Of a stretch of DNA of 64,000 nucleotides, positions 31,935-47,744 are shown in pieces. The stretch lies in NCBI RefSeq assembly GCF_022846255.1, contig NZ_AP025682.1; one strand, written 5' to 3'. The notes beneath the pieces are model-generated. The model was not told the DNA's origin, made no database searches, and worked only from the letters and a program-made list of their open reading frames with translations. The first letter of the stretch is position 1. Each line of letters starts with the position of its first letter. The position numbers were made by a program, and so were the translations under genes. This stretch comes from Escherichia coli. GTDB taxonomy: Bacteria > Pseudomonadota > Gammaproteobacteria > Enterobacterales > Enterobacteriaceae.

Positions 31935-32946
31935 GGTTACGTCCCCCTTTAATCAGACTGATAAAGCGTTGCGACTGAACAATCAGCACGCAAAGCACCA
32001 CCACCGCTTTCACCACCTGGTTCATCTCCGGCGGAAAGCCAGAAAGCAAAATTCCGGTGTTCATTCCCTGAATAATCAGCGCCCCCACCACCGAAAGCAG
32101 CAGGTTAAAGCGCCCGCCCATCAGCGATCCGCCGCCAATCACCACTGCAAGAATGGCGTCCAGCTCCAGCCATAAGCCGGCGTTGTTGGCATCGGCACCG
32201 CGAATATCCGCCGCCACGATAATGCCCGCAATCGCCGCACATAGCCCGCTCAACACGTAGGTGAGCATGACGATGATCCGCGTGTTTACCCCGGCATTTT
32301 TTGCCGCCCGAATGTTGATACCAACGGCTTCGATAAACATCCCCAGTGCCGTTTTGCGGGTCAACAGCCAGAACAGGAGAAGCGTCAGCACCGCAATAAT
32401 GACTGGCGTTGGCAGGAACAACAGCGATCCGCTGCCAAACCAGGAGAGATCCGGTGAGTTAAATGTGACGATCTGTCCGGAGGTGATCAGTTGCGCCACG
32501 CCGCGCCCGGCGACCATCAGGATCAGGGTGGCGACAAACGGCTGAATTTTGAGGATCGCTACCAGTATGCCGTTCCACAATCCCGCCAGGATGCCAGTGC
32601 CGAGGGCGCTTAACAAAACAATTGGCAGGCTGAATCCCGCGACCGTCATCGCAGCCGTTGTGGCTCCGGCGATAGCCATCACCGCCCCTACGGAGAGATC
32701 AATCCCACCGGTGGCGATAACCAGCGTCATGCCAATCGCCAGTAGCGCAACGGGGGCCGCACGGTTAAAAATGTCGATAGGGCTACCGAACAAACGCCCA
32801 TCCTGAAGCACCACCTGCCAGAAATGCGGGGCCACCAGGCTATCAACCAGCAGCACCAGCAACAGTGCCGCCAGCTGCGGCATTCCTGTTGGCCAGCGAA
32901 AACGCCTTTTCGGCGGCGTAGTGTCCGGGAGAGATTGAGGCATCAC
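31921..32946 (-). CDS. ytfT: ABC transporter permease (galactofuranose transporter)
   Basis: Polytopic permease; start set at GTG 32946 (ATG at 32943 alternative) downstream of AAGGAG RBS; track ORF starts at 32967. Confidence 0.85.
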   Translation of the reverse strand: MMPQSLPDTTPPKRRFRWPTGMPQLAALLLVLLVDSLVAPHFWQVVLQDGRLFGSPIDIFNRAAPVALLAIGMTLVIATGGIDLSVGAVMAIAGATTAAMTVAGFSLPIVLLSALGTGILAGLWNGILVAILKIQPFVATLILMVAGRGVAQLITSGQIVTFNSPDLSWFGSGSLLFLPTPVIIAVLTLLLFWLLTRKTALGMFIEAVGINIRAAKNAGVNTRIIVMLTYVLSGLCAAIAGIIVAADIRGADANNAGLWLELDAILAVVIGGGSLMGGRFNLLLSVVGALIIQGMNTGILLSGFPPEMNQVVKAVVVLCVLIVQSQRFISLIKGGRNRDKT

Positions 32947-32956
32947 ACTGTTCTCC

Positions 32957-34459
32957 TTACGCCGCAATGGCGTTCATGATCGCCGGAACGGAAAGCTCTG
33001 CCAGTGGGATCTCCGCTACCTGTTTGCGATCGCGCATGATAATCACCCGGTCGGCATAGCCCACCAGCTCTTCCAGCTCGGAGGAGATCACCAGCAGCGC
33101 CAGCCCATCGGCGCACAGCGTTTCAATCAGGCGGATGATCTCGGCGTGGGCACCAACATCAATTCCGCGCGTTGGCTCGTCGAGAATCAGAAATTGCGGT
33201 CGGGTCAGTAGCCAACGTGAAAGCAACACTTTTTGCTGATTGCCGCCGGAGAGAAATTCAATCGGTTGTTCGGTGGAAGGTGTGCGAATGCCAAGCTGGC
33301 GAATAAAGCGTTCGGCAATCTCTTGCTGCTCTTTGCGGGAAATTGGTCGCAGCCAGCCGCGCTGGGCCTGGAGAGCGAGGATGATATTTTCCCGCACCGA
33401 GGCGGCGGCGATAATGCCATCGGTTTTCCTGTCTTCCGGGCAGAAGCCGATGCCCAGTACCGAAGCCTGATGTGGCGAGCGTAGCGTTTGCAGTTTGCCT
33501 TTGATCAACGCCGTGCCGCTATCAGCAGGTTTGATACCGAAGATCACTTCGGCGGTTTCGGTACGTCCTGATCCCAGCAAGCCTGCCAGACCGACGATCT
33601 CGCCGGGGCGTACTTCGAGATCAAACGGCGCGATCGTTCCTTTTTTGCCGTAATTTTTGAACGCGGCAACAGGTTTGTCGCTCAGCAATGTTCTCCCGGC
33701 ACGCTGAAGCGCGTGGGTGTCCAGTTCACGCCCCAGCATCATTTTTACCAGTTCGATCTGCGGTAGCTCGCGCGTTTCCCGACAGCCTACGAAACTGCCG
33801 TTACGTAAGACGGTGATCCGATCGCTAACCTGATAAACCTGATCGAGAAAATGAGTGACGAAGATCAGACTGACGCCGCGATCGCGAAGTTGACGCATCA
33901 GGCCAAACAGTAACTCTACTTCCTGAGTGTCGAGACTGGCGGTGGGTTCATCGAGGATCAGCACTTTGGCGGAGAGATCGATAGCCCGGCAAATGGCGAC
34001 GATTTGCTGCATCGCGACTGAAAAGCGGTTGAGCGGTTCGCGCACGTCGAGGGAGAAACCGTAAGATGCCATCAGTTCGGTGGCGCGCTTTTCTATCTCT
34101 TTACGGCGTAGAAGGCCGAAACGTTTGGGTTCGCGACCTATGAATAGATTATCAGCGACCGACATATTGGGTAGCAGGTTGACTTCCTGATAGACGGTGC
34201 CGATGCCGAGTTGTTGTGCGTGGGCGGTGTTTTTCGGTGAGATAGCCTGGCCTTCCAGCCAGATAGTGCCGCGATCGGCGTGGTATACACCGGTTAATGC
34301 TTTGATGAGCGTCGATTTTCCCGCCCCGTTTTCACCGAGCAGCGCCATGATTTCACCACGGCGCAGGCTGAAATCAACGTTGTCTAACGCTTTGACACCG
34401 GGGAAAAATTTACTTAATCCTTCGGTGCGGAGGATTTCCTGGTGTTGGTCGGTCGTCAT
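32957..34459 (-). CDS. ytfR: ABC transporter ATP-binding protein with two ABC domains
   Basis: 500-aa ORF with two Walker A motifs (GENGAGKST, GLLGSGRTE) and two signature motifs. Confidence 0.93.
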   Translation of the reverse strand: MTTDQHQEILRTEGLSKFFPGVKALDNVDFSLRRGEIMALLGENGAGKSTLIKALTGVYHADRGTIWLEGQAISPKNTAHAQQLGIGTVYQEVNLLPNMSVADNLFIGREPKRFGLLRRKEIEKRATELMASYGFSLDVREPLNRFSVAMQQIVAICRAIDLSAKVLILDEPTASLDTQEVELLFGLMRQLRDRGVSLIFVTHFLDQVYQVSDRITVLRNGSFVGCRETRELPQIELVKMMLGRELDTHALQRAGRTLLSDKPVAAFKNYGKKGTIAPFDLEVRPGEIVGLAGLLGSGRTETAEVIFGIKPADSGTALIKGKLQTLRSPHQASVLGIGFCPEDRKTDGIIAAASVRENIILALQAQRGWLRPISRKEQQEIAERFIRQLGIRTPSTEQPIEFLSGGNQQKVLLSRWLLTRPQFLILDEPTRGIDVGAHAEIIRLIETLCADGLALLVISSELEELVGYADRVIIMRDRKQVAEIPLAELSVPAIMNAIAA

Positions 34460-34487
34460 GGTTTCCCCCGGTGTAAAGCGTGCTCCC

Positions 34488-34590
34488 AGTAGGCATGATA
34501 AGACGCGGTAAGCGTCGCATCAGGCTTCAGCGCACAACCGCCGGATGCGGCGCGAGCGCCTTATCCGGCCTACGAATCGGCATCAGGCAT
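34488..34590. repeat. REP elements
   Basis: gtaggcatgataagacgcggtaagcgtcgcatcaggc / gccggatgcggcgcgagcgccttatccggcctac. Confidence 0.8.
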
Positions 34591-34598
34591 AGCAACCC

Positions 34599-35555
34599 TC
34601 AATACCCCATATTTTTCTTCTTCTCTAACTCTTCTTTTGCGGTATCAGGCAGATAAAGGGTGGATTTGGTCAGCGTTAGCTTTTCAGGCATGGTGCCGTC
34701 TTTTTTGTATTTCTCCAGCGCGTCGAAAGCAGGACCTGCCATGTTCGGCGTCAGTTCAACGCTGGCGTTCGCTTCGCCATCAATCATCGCTTTGTAGATG
34801 TCCGGCACGCCGTCGATAGAGCCTGTCAGGATATCTTTGCCCGGTTTCAGGCCCGCTTCTTTAATTGCCTGAATTGCACCAATCACCATGTCATCGTTAT
34901 GGGCGTAAACCATGCAGATGTTTTTGCCGTTGTTTTCCGCTTTGATAAAGCTCTCCATCACTTCTTTGCCTTTGCTGCGGGTGAAGTCACCTGACTGCGA
35001 GCGGATAATTTTGATATTTGGCGCATTCTTTATGGCTTCGGCAAAGCCTTTCTTACGGTCAATGGCGACGCTGGCCCCAACGGTGCCCTGTAACTCAACC
35101 ACGTTACATGGTTTGCCGTTAACCTCTTTCACCAGCCAGTCACCGATCAACTTACCTTCGAGGATGTTGTCGGCAGTAACGGTGGTCATATAGAGAGATT
35201 TGTCTTTCACATCGATGGAACGGTCAAGCAAGAAGACCGGGATTTCGGCATCTTTCGCCTCTTTTAATACCGGTTCCCAACCCGTCGCCACCACCGGAGC
35301 GATAAAGATCGCATCCACCCCTTGTGCGACGAAGGAACGTACCGCTTTAATCTGGTTTTCCTGCTTTTGCTGACCATCGGCAATTTTCAGTGTGATACCG
35401 CGTTTTTCGGCTTCACTTTTCGCCACATTGGTTTCTGCGGCGCGCCAGCCGGATTCCGATCCGACCTGCGAAAATCCTACGGTTAATGGAGCGGCCAACG
35501 CCATAGACGACATGGCTGCCGAGACTGCAGAGACTACAAGTAAGCGTTTCCACAT
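34599..35555 (-). CDS. ytfQ: Periplasmic galactofuranose-binding protein
   Basis: 318-aa ORF with signal peptide (MWKRLLVVSAVSAAMSSMALA) and periplasmic-binding-protein fold signature. Confidence 0.92.
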   Translation of the reverse strand: MWKRLLVVSAVSAAMSSMALAAPLTVGFSQVGSESGWRAAETNVAKSEAEKRGITLKIADGQQKQENQIKAVRSFVAQGVDAIFIAPVVATGWEPVLKEAKDAEIPVFLLDRSIDVKDKSLYMTTVTADNILEGKLIGDWLVKEVNGKPCNVVELQGTVGASVAIDRKKGFAEAIKNAPNIKIIRSQSGDFTRSKGKEVMESFIKAENNGKNICMVYAHNDDMVIGAIQAIKEAGLKPGKDILTGSIDGVPDIYKAMIDGEANASVELTPNMAGPAFDALEKYKKDGTMPEKLTLTKSTLYLPDTAKEELEKKKNMGY

Positions 35556-35625
35556 AGGGTTGTCCTCGTCGGGGTAATTATTATTGGTGAAAAGATGTTC
35601 GCGAAAAAACTATAGACAATTCGTT

Positions 35626-35646
35626 ATGTAACGGATTGCGTTACAT
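35626..35646. promoter_or_regulatory. Palindromic candidate operator in ytfQ/ppa divergent region
   Basis: ATGTAACG-gattg-CGTTACAT (8-bp perfect arms) ~70 bp upstream of ytfQ start. Confidence 0.4.
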
Positions 35647-35864
35647 CACACTTCAAAAAAGTAAATAAAACGTTAATCACAAGTTTGTAATCGCTTTCAT
35701 CTCACTATGAAAAATGCGGCTACGGTTATGGATTTTCCTGCTCTGTATACCGTCTTAAAACTGGCGAAAAAGGAAAATGAAGACGAAAACAAGCGAAGAC
35801 ATTCGGCGCGAGTTGGCTATAATACTCGGCACTTGTTTGCCACATATTTTTAAAGGAAACAGAC

Positions 35865-36395
35865 ATGAGCTTACTCAACGTCCCTGCGGGTAAAGATCTG
35901 CCGGAAGACATCTACGTTGTTATTGAGATCCCGGCTAACGCAGATCCGATCAAATACGAAATCGACAAAGAGAGCGGCGCACTGTTCGTTGACCGCTTCA
36001 TGTCCACCGCGATGTTCTATCCGTGCAACTACGGTTACATCAACCACACTCTGTCTCTGGACGGTGACCCGGTTGACGTACTGGTCCCGACTCCGTACCC
36101 GCTGCAGCCGGGTTCTGTGATCCGCTGCCGTCCGGTTGGCGTACTGAAAATGACCGACGAAGCCGGTGAAGATGCGAAACTGATTGCTGTTCCGCACACC
36201 AAGCTGAGCAAAGAATACGATCACATTAAAGACGTTAACGATCTGCCAGAGCTGCTGAAAGCGCAAATCGCTCACTTCTTCGAGCACTACAAAGACCTCG
36301 AAAAAGGCAAGTGGGTTAAAGTTGAAGGTTGGGAAAACGCAGAAGCCGCTAAAGCTGAAATCGTTGCTTCCTTCGAGCGCGCCAAGAATAAATAA
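35865..36395 (+). CDS. ppa: Inorganic pyrophosphatase
   Basis: 176-aa [26 protein letters not shown]... Confidence 0.96.
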   Translation: MSLLNVPAGKDLPEDIYVVIEIPANADPIKYEIDKESGALFVDRFMSTAMFYPCNYGYINHTLSLDGDPVDVLVPTPYPLQPGSVIRCRPVGVLKMTDEAGEDAKLIAVPHTKLSKEYDHIKDVNDLPELLKAQIAHFFEHYKDLEKGKWVKVEGWENAEAAKAEIVASFERAKNK

Positions 36396-36409
36396 GTTCT
36401 TCTGGCGTA

Positions 36410-36450
36410 ATAACCCTGAACGCCGGGCTTCGGTTAGTAGGGGTTTTTTT
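36410..36450 (+). terminator. ppa terminator
   Basis: aaccc...ggggtt stem region followed by T7 run. Confidence 0.6.
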
Positions 36451-36749
36451 ATGCCCGCAATTTATAAACTCTCTACTCCACTATTATTATTTTCAGCAGT
36501 TTAAAGGCTTGAACGGTAAGAACAAGCTAAACTCGACCACCATTTTGCTGTTCATAGCCACTTGCTGGAAGTTAGCCGGCCTCACTCATACTCACCGTTC
36601 AAAGCGTGTCCCCGTTTTACCCCTGTACATTTGTTAACGCCAGCAGAGTTTTACATGCGTTAACGGATATGGAAAGCGGCTCGGAAGGAAAAGCAAAAGG
36701 CGAGGAAGTTACAAAAAAGAATACGCGTCGTCTCGCAAAAAAATAACGC

Positions 36750-36761
36750 CACCCGCAGGTG
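36750..36761. repeat. IS4 target-site duplication, left copy
   Basis: cacccgcaggtg, identical to 38188..38199. Confidence 0.85.
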
Positions 36762-38187
36762 TAATGCCGATCAGTTAAGGATCAGTTGACCGATCCAGTG
36801 GCTGTGTAAGAATCCGGAAACGCTCACTTGTTTCCGGATTTTTTTATGCACATTGGACAGGCTCTTGATCTGGTATCCCGTTACGATTCTCTGCGTAACC
36901 CACTGACTTCTCTGGGGGATTACCTCGACCCCGAACTCATCTCTCGTTGCCTTGCCGAATCAGGTACTGTAACGCTACGCAAGCGCCGTCTTCCCCTCGA
37001 AATGATGGTCTGGTGTATTGTTGGCATGGCGCTTGAGCGTAAAGAACCTCTTCACCAGATTGTGAATCGCCTGGACATCATGCTGCCGGGCAATCGCCCC
37101 TTCGTTGCCCCCAGTGCCGTTATTCAGGCCCGCCAGCGCCTGGGAAGTGAGGCTGTCCGCCGCGTGTTCACGAAAACAGCGCAGCTCTGGCATAACGCCA
37201 CGCCGCATCCGCACTGGTGCGGCCTGACCCTGCTGGCCATCGATGGTGTGTTCTGGCGCACACCGGATACACCAGAGAACGATGCAGCCTTCCCCCGCCA
37301 GACACATGCCGGGAACCCGGCGCTCTACCCGCAGGTCAAAATGGTCTGCCAGATGGAACTGACCAGCCATCTGCTGACGGCTGCAGCCTTCGGCACGATG
37401 AAGAACAGCGAAAATGAGCTTGCTGAGCAACTTATAGAACAAACCGGCGATAACACTCTGACGTTAATGGATAAAGGTTATTACTCACTGGGACTGTTAA
37501 ATGCCTGGAGCCTGGCGGGAGAACACCGCCACTGGATGATACCTCTCAGAAAGGGAGCGCAATATGAAGAGATCAGAAAACTGGGTAAAGGCGATCATCT
37601 GGTGAAGCTGAAAACCAGCCCGCAGGCACGAAAAAAGTGGCCGGGACTGGGAAATGAAGTGACAGCCCGCCTGCTGACCGTGACGCGCAAAGGAAAAGTC
37701 TGCCATCTGCTGACGTCGATGACGGACGCCATGCGCTTCCCCGGAGGAGAAATGGCGGATCTGTACAGTCATCGCTGGGAAATCGAACTGGGATACAGGG
37801 AGATAAAACAGACGATGCAACTGAGCAGGCTGACGCTGAGAAGTAAAAAACCGGAGCTTGTGGAGCAAGAGCTGTGGGGTGTCTTACTGGCTTATAATCT
37901 GGTGAGATATCAGATGATTAAAATGGCGGAACATCTGAAAGGTTACTGGCCGAATCAACTGAGTTTCTCAGAATCATGTGGAATGGTGATGAGAATGCTG
38001 ATGACATTGCAGGGCGCTTCACCGGGACGTATACCGGAGCTGATGCGCGATCTTGCAAGTATGGGACAACTTGTGAAATTACCGACAAGAAGGGAAAGGG
38101 CCTTCCCGAGAGTGGTAAAGGAGAGGCCCTGGAAATACCCCACAGCCCCGAAAAAGAGCCAGTCAGTTGCTTAACTGACTGGCATTA
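36762..38187 (+). mobile_element. Insertion sequence IS4 (1426 bp) with 18-bp imperfect terminal inverted repeats
   Basis: Left IR taatgccgatcagttaag; right IR reverse complement taatgccagtcagttaag (16/18); encodes IS4-type DDE transposase; flanked by 12-bp direct repeat. Confidence 0.9.
36846..38174 (+). CDS. insG: IS4 transposase (InsG-like)
   Basis: 442 aa from ATG at 36846 ([16 protein letters not shown]...); track ORF begins at an upstream TTG. Confidence 0.9.
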   Translation: MHIGQALDLVSRYDSLRNPLTSLGDYLDPELISRCLAESGTVTLRKRRLPLEMMVWCIVGMALERKEPLHQIVNRLDIMLPGNRPFVAPSAVIQARQRLGSEAVRRVFTKTAQLWHNATPHPHWCGLTLLAIDGVFWRTPDTPENDAAFPRQTHAGNPALYPQVKMVCQMELTSHLLTAAAFGTMKNSENELAEQLIEQTGDNTLTLMDKGYYSLGLLNAWSLAGEHRHWMIPLRKGAQYEEIRKLGKGDHLVKLKTSPQARKKWPGLGNEVTARLLTVTRKGKVCHLLTSMTDAMRFPGGEMADLYSHRWEIELGYREIKQTMQLSRLTLRSKKPELVEQELWGVLLAYNLVRYQMIKMAEHLKGYWPNQLSFSESCGMVMRMLMTLQGASPGRIPELMRDLASMGQLVKLPTRRERAFPRVVKERPWKYPTAPKKSQSVA

Positions 38188-38199
38188 CACCCGCAGGTG
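38188..38199. repeat. IS4 target-site duplication, right copy
   Basis: cacccgcaggtg direct repeat. Confidence 0.85.
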
Positions 38200-38213
38200 G
38201 CGTGCTTTTATTA

Positions 38214-38555
38214 TTACTTATCCCTGTCTAACCAGTCGCCGCTTTCAATTAGCTTTAATCCATCGACGGGTCGTTGATAAACGTACATCCATGCACTCCC
38301 GTACGGCGTCTGAATCAACTGGCGCGCGTATTCACCGCCCCTGGTGCGCAAGGCATCAAGTTCGGCCAGCGTGGCGTTGTCAATACGATAAACTTCACCG
38401 TGTACTGTTCCGTTCCCCGGAACTGCGCCTGGATAGTGGCCCAGGCTATACAACTGGTAGTTATCGATACTGAAATCGCCCAGTAACTGGGCATTGGTCA
38501 TCCAGTGACTGTTGCCTTGTTTGTGGCGTAAACTGCCGTAGACAAATATTCGCAT
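38214..38555 (-). CDS. ytfP: Gamma-glutamylcyclotransferase-family protein YtfP
   Basis: 113-aa ORF MRIFVYGSLRHKQGNSHWM... (GGCT-like YGSL motif). Confidence 0.9.
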   Translation of the reverse strand: MRIFVYGSLRHKQGNSHWMTNAQLLGDFSIDNYQLYSLGHYPGAVPGNGTVHGEVYRIDNATLAELDALRTRGGEYARQLIQTPYGSAWMYVYQRPVDGLKLIESGDWLDRDK

Positions 38556-38557
38556 TG

Positions 38558-44229
<5,672 letters not shown>

Positions 44230-44273
44230 TTACAACCTTAACCCCAATGACCGATTTTCGGGAGAGCGACACC

Positions 44274-44912
44274 ATGAGTTTATTTGATAAAAAGCATCTG
44301 GTTTCCCCCGCCGATGCCCTGCCTGGACGTAACACCCCGATGCCCGTAGCCACACTGCATGCGGTCAACGGTCACTCAATGACCAATGTACCTGACGGAA
44401 TGGAGATTGCCATTTTTGCGATGGGTTGTTTCTGGGGTGTGGAGCGTCTGTTCTGGCAGTTACCCGGCGTTTACAGCACCGCCGCAGGCTATACCGGTGG
44501 CTATACGCCAAATCCGACTTATCGGGAAGTGTGCTCCGGCGATACTGGCCATGCCGAAGCGGTGCGCATTGTTTACGATCCATCCGTCATCAGCTATGAG
44601 CAGTTGCTACAAGTATTTTGGGAGAATCACGATCCCGCCCAGGGAATGCGTCAGGGCAATGACCACGGCACGCAGTATCGTTCAGCGATTTATCCGCTGA
44701 CCCCAGAACAGGATGCCGCCGCTCGCGCCAGTCTGGAACGTTTTCAGGCGGCGATGCTTGCCGCCGATGACGATCGTCGCATCACCACGGAAATCGCTAA
44801 CGCCACACCGTTTTATTATGCCGAAGATGACCACCAGCAATATCTGCATAAAAACCCGTACGGTTACTGTGGAATTGGCGGAATTGGCGTCTGTCTGCCG
44901 CCGGAAGCATAG
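44274..44912 (+). CDS. msrA: Peptide methionine sulfoxide reductase A
   Basis: 212 aa from ATG at 44274; GCFWG active-site motif. Confidence 0.94.
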   Translation: MSLFDKKHLVSPADALPGRNTPMPVATLHAVNGHSMTNVPDGMEIAIFAMGCFWGVERLFWQLPGVYSTAAGYTGGYTPNPTYREVCSGDTGHAEAVRIVYDPSVISYEQLLQVFWENHDPAQGMRQGNDHGTQYRSAIYPLTPEQDAAARASLERFQAAMLAADDDRRITTEIANATPFYYAEDDHQQYLHKNPYGYCGIGGIGVCLPPEA

Positions 44913-44958
44913 CGTTACGGGTACAAATGTAGATTGTTGATAAAGTGCATTTTGTTTA

Positions 44959-45058
44959 TGCCGGATACGGCGTAAACGCCTTGCCAGGCCTACAAAATCG
45001 TCCAAATTCAATATATTGCGGGGACTGCGTAGGCCTGTTCGGCATAGCGCATCAGGCA
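44959..45058. repeat. REP elements
   Basis: tgccggatacggcgtaaacgccttgccaggcctaca / gtaggcctgttcggcatagcgcatcaggca. Confidence 0.75.
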
Positions 45059-45234
45059 GTTTTTCATTTTTCAGCTGTCTGAATTTTAACCCTCTGGCGG
45101 CTTTACAGTACCTTACGCTATACTAGCCACTGAAAATGCCGGTTCACTTTCTTCGAATCGGCTTTCAATGTGTATTTCACACAAATTAATCAACTTCCCC
45201 TTCCGAGGATCTGGCCTGAAAGGTCGGATAAGAT

Positions 45235-46578
45235 ATGTTAAACAGTATTTTAGTCATACTCTGTTTGATCGCTGTAAGTGCGTTCTTCTCGATGTCCGAG
45301 ATCTCGCTTGCCGCCTCACGCAAAATCAAACTTAAACTGCTGGCTGATGAAGGCAATATAAATGCCCAACGCGTTTTGAATATGCAGGAAAATCCCGGCA
45401 TGTTCTTTACCGTGGTCCAGATCGGTCTGAACGCAGTGGCGATTCTCGGCGGTATCGTCGGTGATGCGGCATTTTCTCCAGCTTTTCACAGCCTGTTCTC
45501 CCGCTATATGTCGGCAGAACTCTCTGAGCAACTGAGCTTTATTCTCTCTTTCTCGTTAGTGACTGGCATGTTTATCCTGTTTGCGGATTTAACCCCGAAA
45601 CGCATCGGTATGATTGCGCCAGAAGCTGTGGCTTTGCGTATCATCAACCCGATGCGCTTCTGCCTGTACGTTTGCACCCCGCTGGTGTGGTTCTTCAACG
45701 GACTGGCGAACATAATCTTCCGTATTTTCAAACTGCCAATGGTACGTAAAGATGACATCACTTCTGATGACATCTACGCGGTAGTGGAAGCCGGTGCGCT
45801 GGCGGGCGTGTTACGTAAACAGGAACACGAGCTGATTGAAAACGTCTTTGAACTAGAATCCCGTACCGTTCCGTCGTCAATGACACCGCGTGAAAACGTG
45901 ATTTGGTTTGATCTCCACGAAGATGAGCAAAGTCTGAAGAATAAGGTGGCGGAACATCCGCACTCTAAGTTCCTCGTCTGTAATGAAGATATTGACCACA
46001 TCATCGGCTATGTCGATTCTAAAGACCTGCTGAACCGCGTGCTGGCTAACCAAAGCCTGGCACTGAACAGCGGCGTACAAATTCGCAACACGCTGATTGT
46101 GCCGGATACGTTAACCCTTTCAGAAGCGTTGGAAAGTTTTAAAACCGCAGGTGAAGACTTCGCGGTGATCATGAACGAGTACGCGCTGGTAGTGGGGATC
46201 ATCACCCTCAACGACGTGATGACCACGCTGATGGGCGATCTGGTCGGTCAGGGGCTGGAAGAGCAGATTGTCGCCCGTGATGAGAACTCATGGCTGATAG
46301 ATGGCGGCACTCCGATTGACGACGTCATGCGCGTGCTGGATATTGACGAGTTCCCGCAGTCGGGCAACTACGAAACCATCGGCGGCTTTATGATGTTTAT
46401 GCTGCGTAAGATCCCGAAACGCACCGATTCGGTGAAATTCGCCGGCTACAAATTTGAAGTGGTGGATATCGATAACTACCGCATCGACCAGCTGCTGGTG
46501 ACCCGAATCGACAGCAAAGCCACCGCCCTTTCGCCAAAACTGCCTGACGCTAAAGATAAAGAAGAAAGCGTCGCATAA
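45235..46578 (+). CDS. ytfL: Inner-membrane CNNM/CorC-family protein YtfL (PaeA), DUF21 + CBS pair + CorC_HlyC
   Basis: 447-aa ORF with N-terminal TM domain followed by CBS-pair region. Confidence 0.9.
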   Translation: MLNSILVILCLIAVSAFFSMSEISLAASRKIKLKLLADEGNINAQRVLNMQENPGMFFTVVQIGLNAVAILGGIVGDAAFSPAFHSLFSRYMSAELSEQLSFILSFSLVTGMFILFADLTPKRIGMIAPEAVALRIINPMRFCLYVCTPLVWFFNGLANIIFRIFKLPMVRKDDITSDDIYAVVEAGALAGVLRKQEHELIENVFELESRTVPSSMTPRENVIWFDLHEDEQSLKNKVAEHPHSKFLVCNEDIDHIIGYVDSKDLLNRVLANQSLALNSGVQIRNTLIVPDTLTLSEALESFKTAGEDFAVIMNEYALVVGIITLNDVMTTLMGDLVGQGLEEQIVARDENSWLIDGGTPIDDVMRVLDIDEFPQSGNYETIGGFMMFMLRKIPKRTDSVKFAGYKFEVVDIDNYRIDQLLVTRIDSKATALSPKLPDAKDKEESVA

Positions 46579-46592
46579 CCCCAGAAACATCA

Positions 46593-46615
46593 ACGGCTCC
46601 TGAATCAGGAGCCGT
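46593..46615. terminator. Hairpin terminator between convergent ytfL and ytfK
   Basis: acggctcctga-a-tcaggagccgt near-perfect palindrome. Confidence 0.6.
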
Positions 46616-46655
46616 CTTATTACTGCATAGCACTTTTTACTGCATAGCACTTTGG

Positions 46656-46862
46656 TTAAGCCATCTCTGTTTGCAGACGCATAACCTGACGGTTAACTTC
46701 GGACATCACTGACAAATGCAGCTTATCCTTCACTTTTGGGATAAGAATCTTACCCTTATCAAATTCAAAAGCGCCAACGTCCTTGATGTATAACCGTCCA
46801 CGGAACAGGATCTTTACGTACTTCGCCACCTGAAGTGGGTTGTACCGTTGGAAAATTTTCAT
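46656..46862 (-). CDS. ytfK: Small protein YtfK (DUF1107)
   Basis: 68 aa from ATG at 46862 with AGGAGA RBS ([20 protein letters not shown]...). Confidence 0.85.
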
Positions 46863-47186
46863 TGTTATCTCCTGCTGAGTATTACGCCTTTGCGGTGCCA
46901 CAATCGGCCCAACTATTATGAGGCGCAAATTTTAATGCCTAGTGACTATAGACTATCCGGGCAATGTTTCCACCGCGTATAACTTTTTTTACCTAAAGGT
47001 TACAATTATTCAGAATTATCTTTTTACCGAAGCGCGGTCTTCAGTATAAGCATTCATTTTTCATATGATTTGTGCGCTTGACCGCAAACTGGCATCACAC
47101 TTGCGGGAAATTCGATAAATAGCACATATGATTAAAACTCAGACCCAAGTGGTCGGATCACCTGCATATCATAAGAAGGAAACACC

Positions 47187-47744
47187 ATGACCCTACGCAA
47201 GATTCTGGCACTCACCTGCCTGCTGTTGCCGATGATGGCTTCCGCACATCAGTTCGAAACCGGTCAGCGAGTGCCGCCGATTGGCATCACCGATCGTGGC
47301 GAGTTGGTGCTTGATAAAGATCAGTTTAGCTACAAAACCTGGAACAGCGCGCAGTTAGTGGGAAAAGTGCGAGTACTGCAACATATTGCTGGTCGCACCT
47401 CTGCAAAAGAGAAAAACGCGACGCTGATTGAAGCGATTAAATCAGCGAAGTTACCGCACGATCGTTACCAGACCACCACCATTGTTAACACCGACGACGC
47501 GATTCCGGGTTCAGGGATGTTTGTGCGCAGCAGTCTGGAGAGTAATAAAAAGCTTTATCCCTGGTCGCAGTTTATTGTTGATAGCAATGGCGTCGCACGC
47601 GGTGCCTGGCAGCTGGATGAAAAAAGTTCCGCTGTAGTGGTGCTGGATAAAGACGGTCGCGTGCAATGGGCCAAAGACGGGGCACTTACTCAGGAAGAGG
47701 TGCAGCAAGTGATGGACCTGCTGCATAAATTAATTAATAAATAG
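47187..47744 (+). CDS. ytfJ: Periplasmic protein YtfJ
   Basis: 185-aa ORF with signal peptide; 3' end overlaps cysQ 3' end by 11 bp. Confidence 0.88.
   Translation: MTLRKILALTCLLLPMMASAHQFETGQRVPPIGITDRGELVLDKDQFSYKTWNSAQLVGKVRVLQHIAGRTSAKEKNATLIEAIKSAKLPHDRYQTTTIVNTDDAIPGSGMFVRSSLESNKKLYPWSQFIVDSNGVARGAWQLDEKSSAVVVLDKDGRVQWAKDGALTQEEVQQVMDLLHKLINK

Noticed and set aside
36322-36504. 60-aa plus-strand ORF overlapping the end of ppa and its terminator
   Set aside because: Begins inside ppa in another frame and runs through the terminator hairpin; no RBS.
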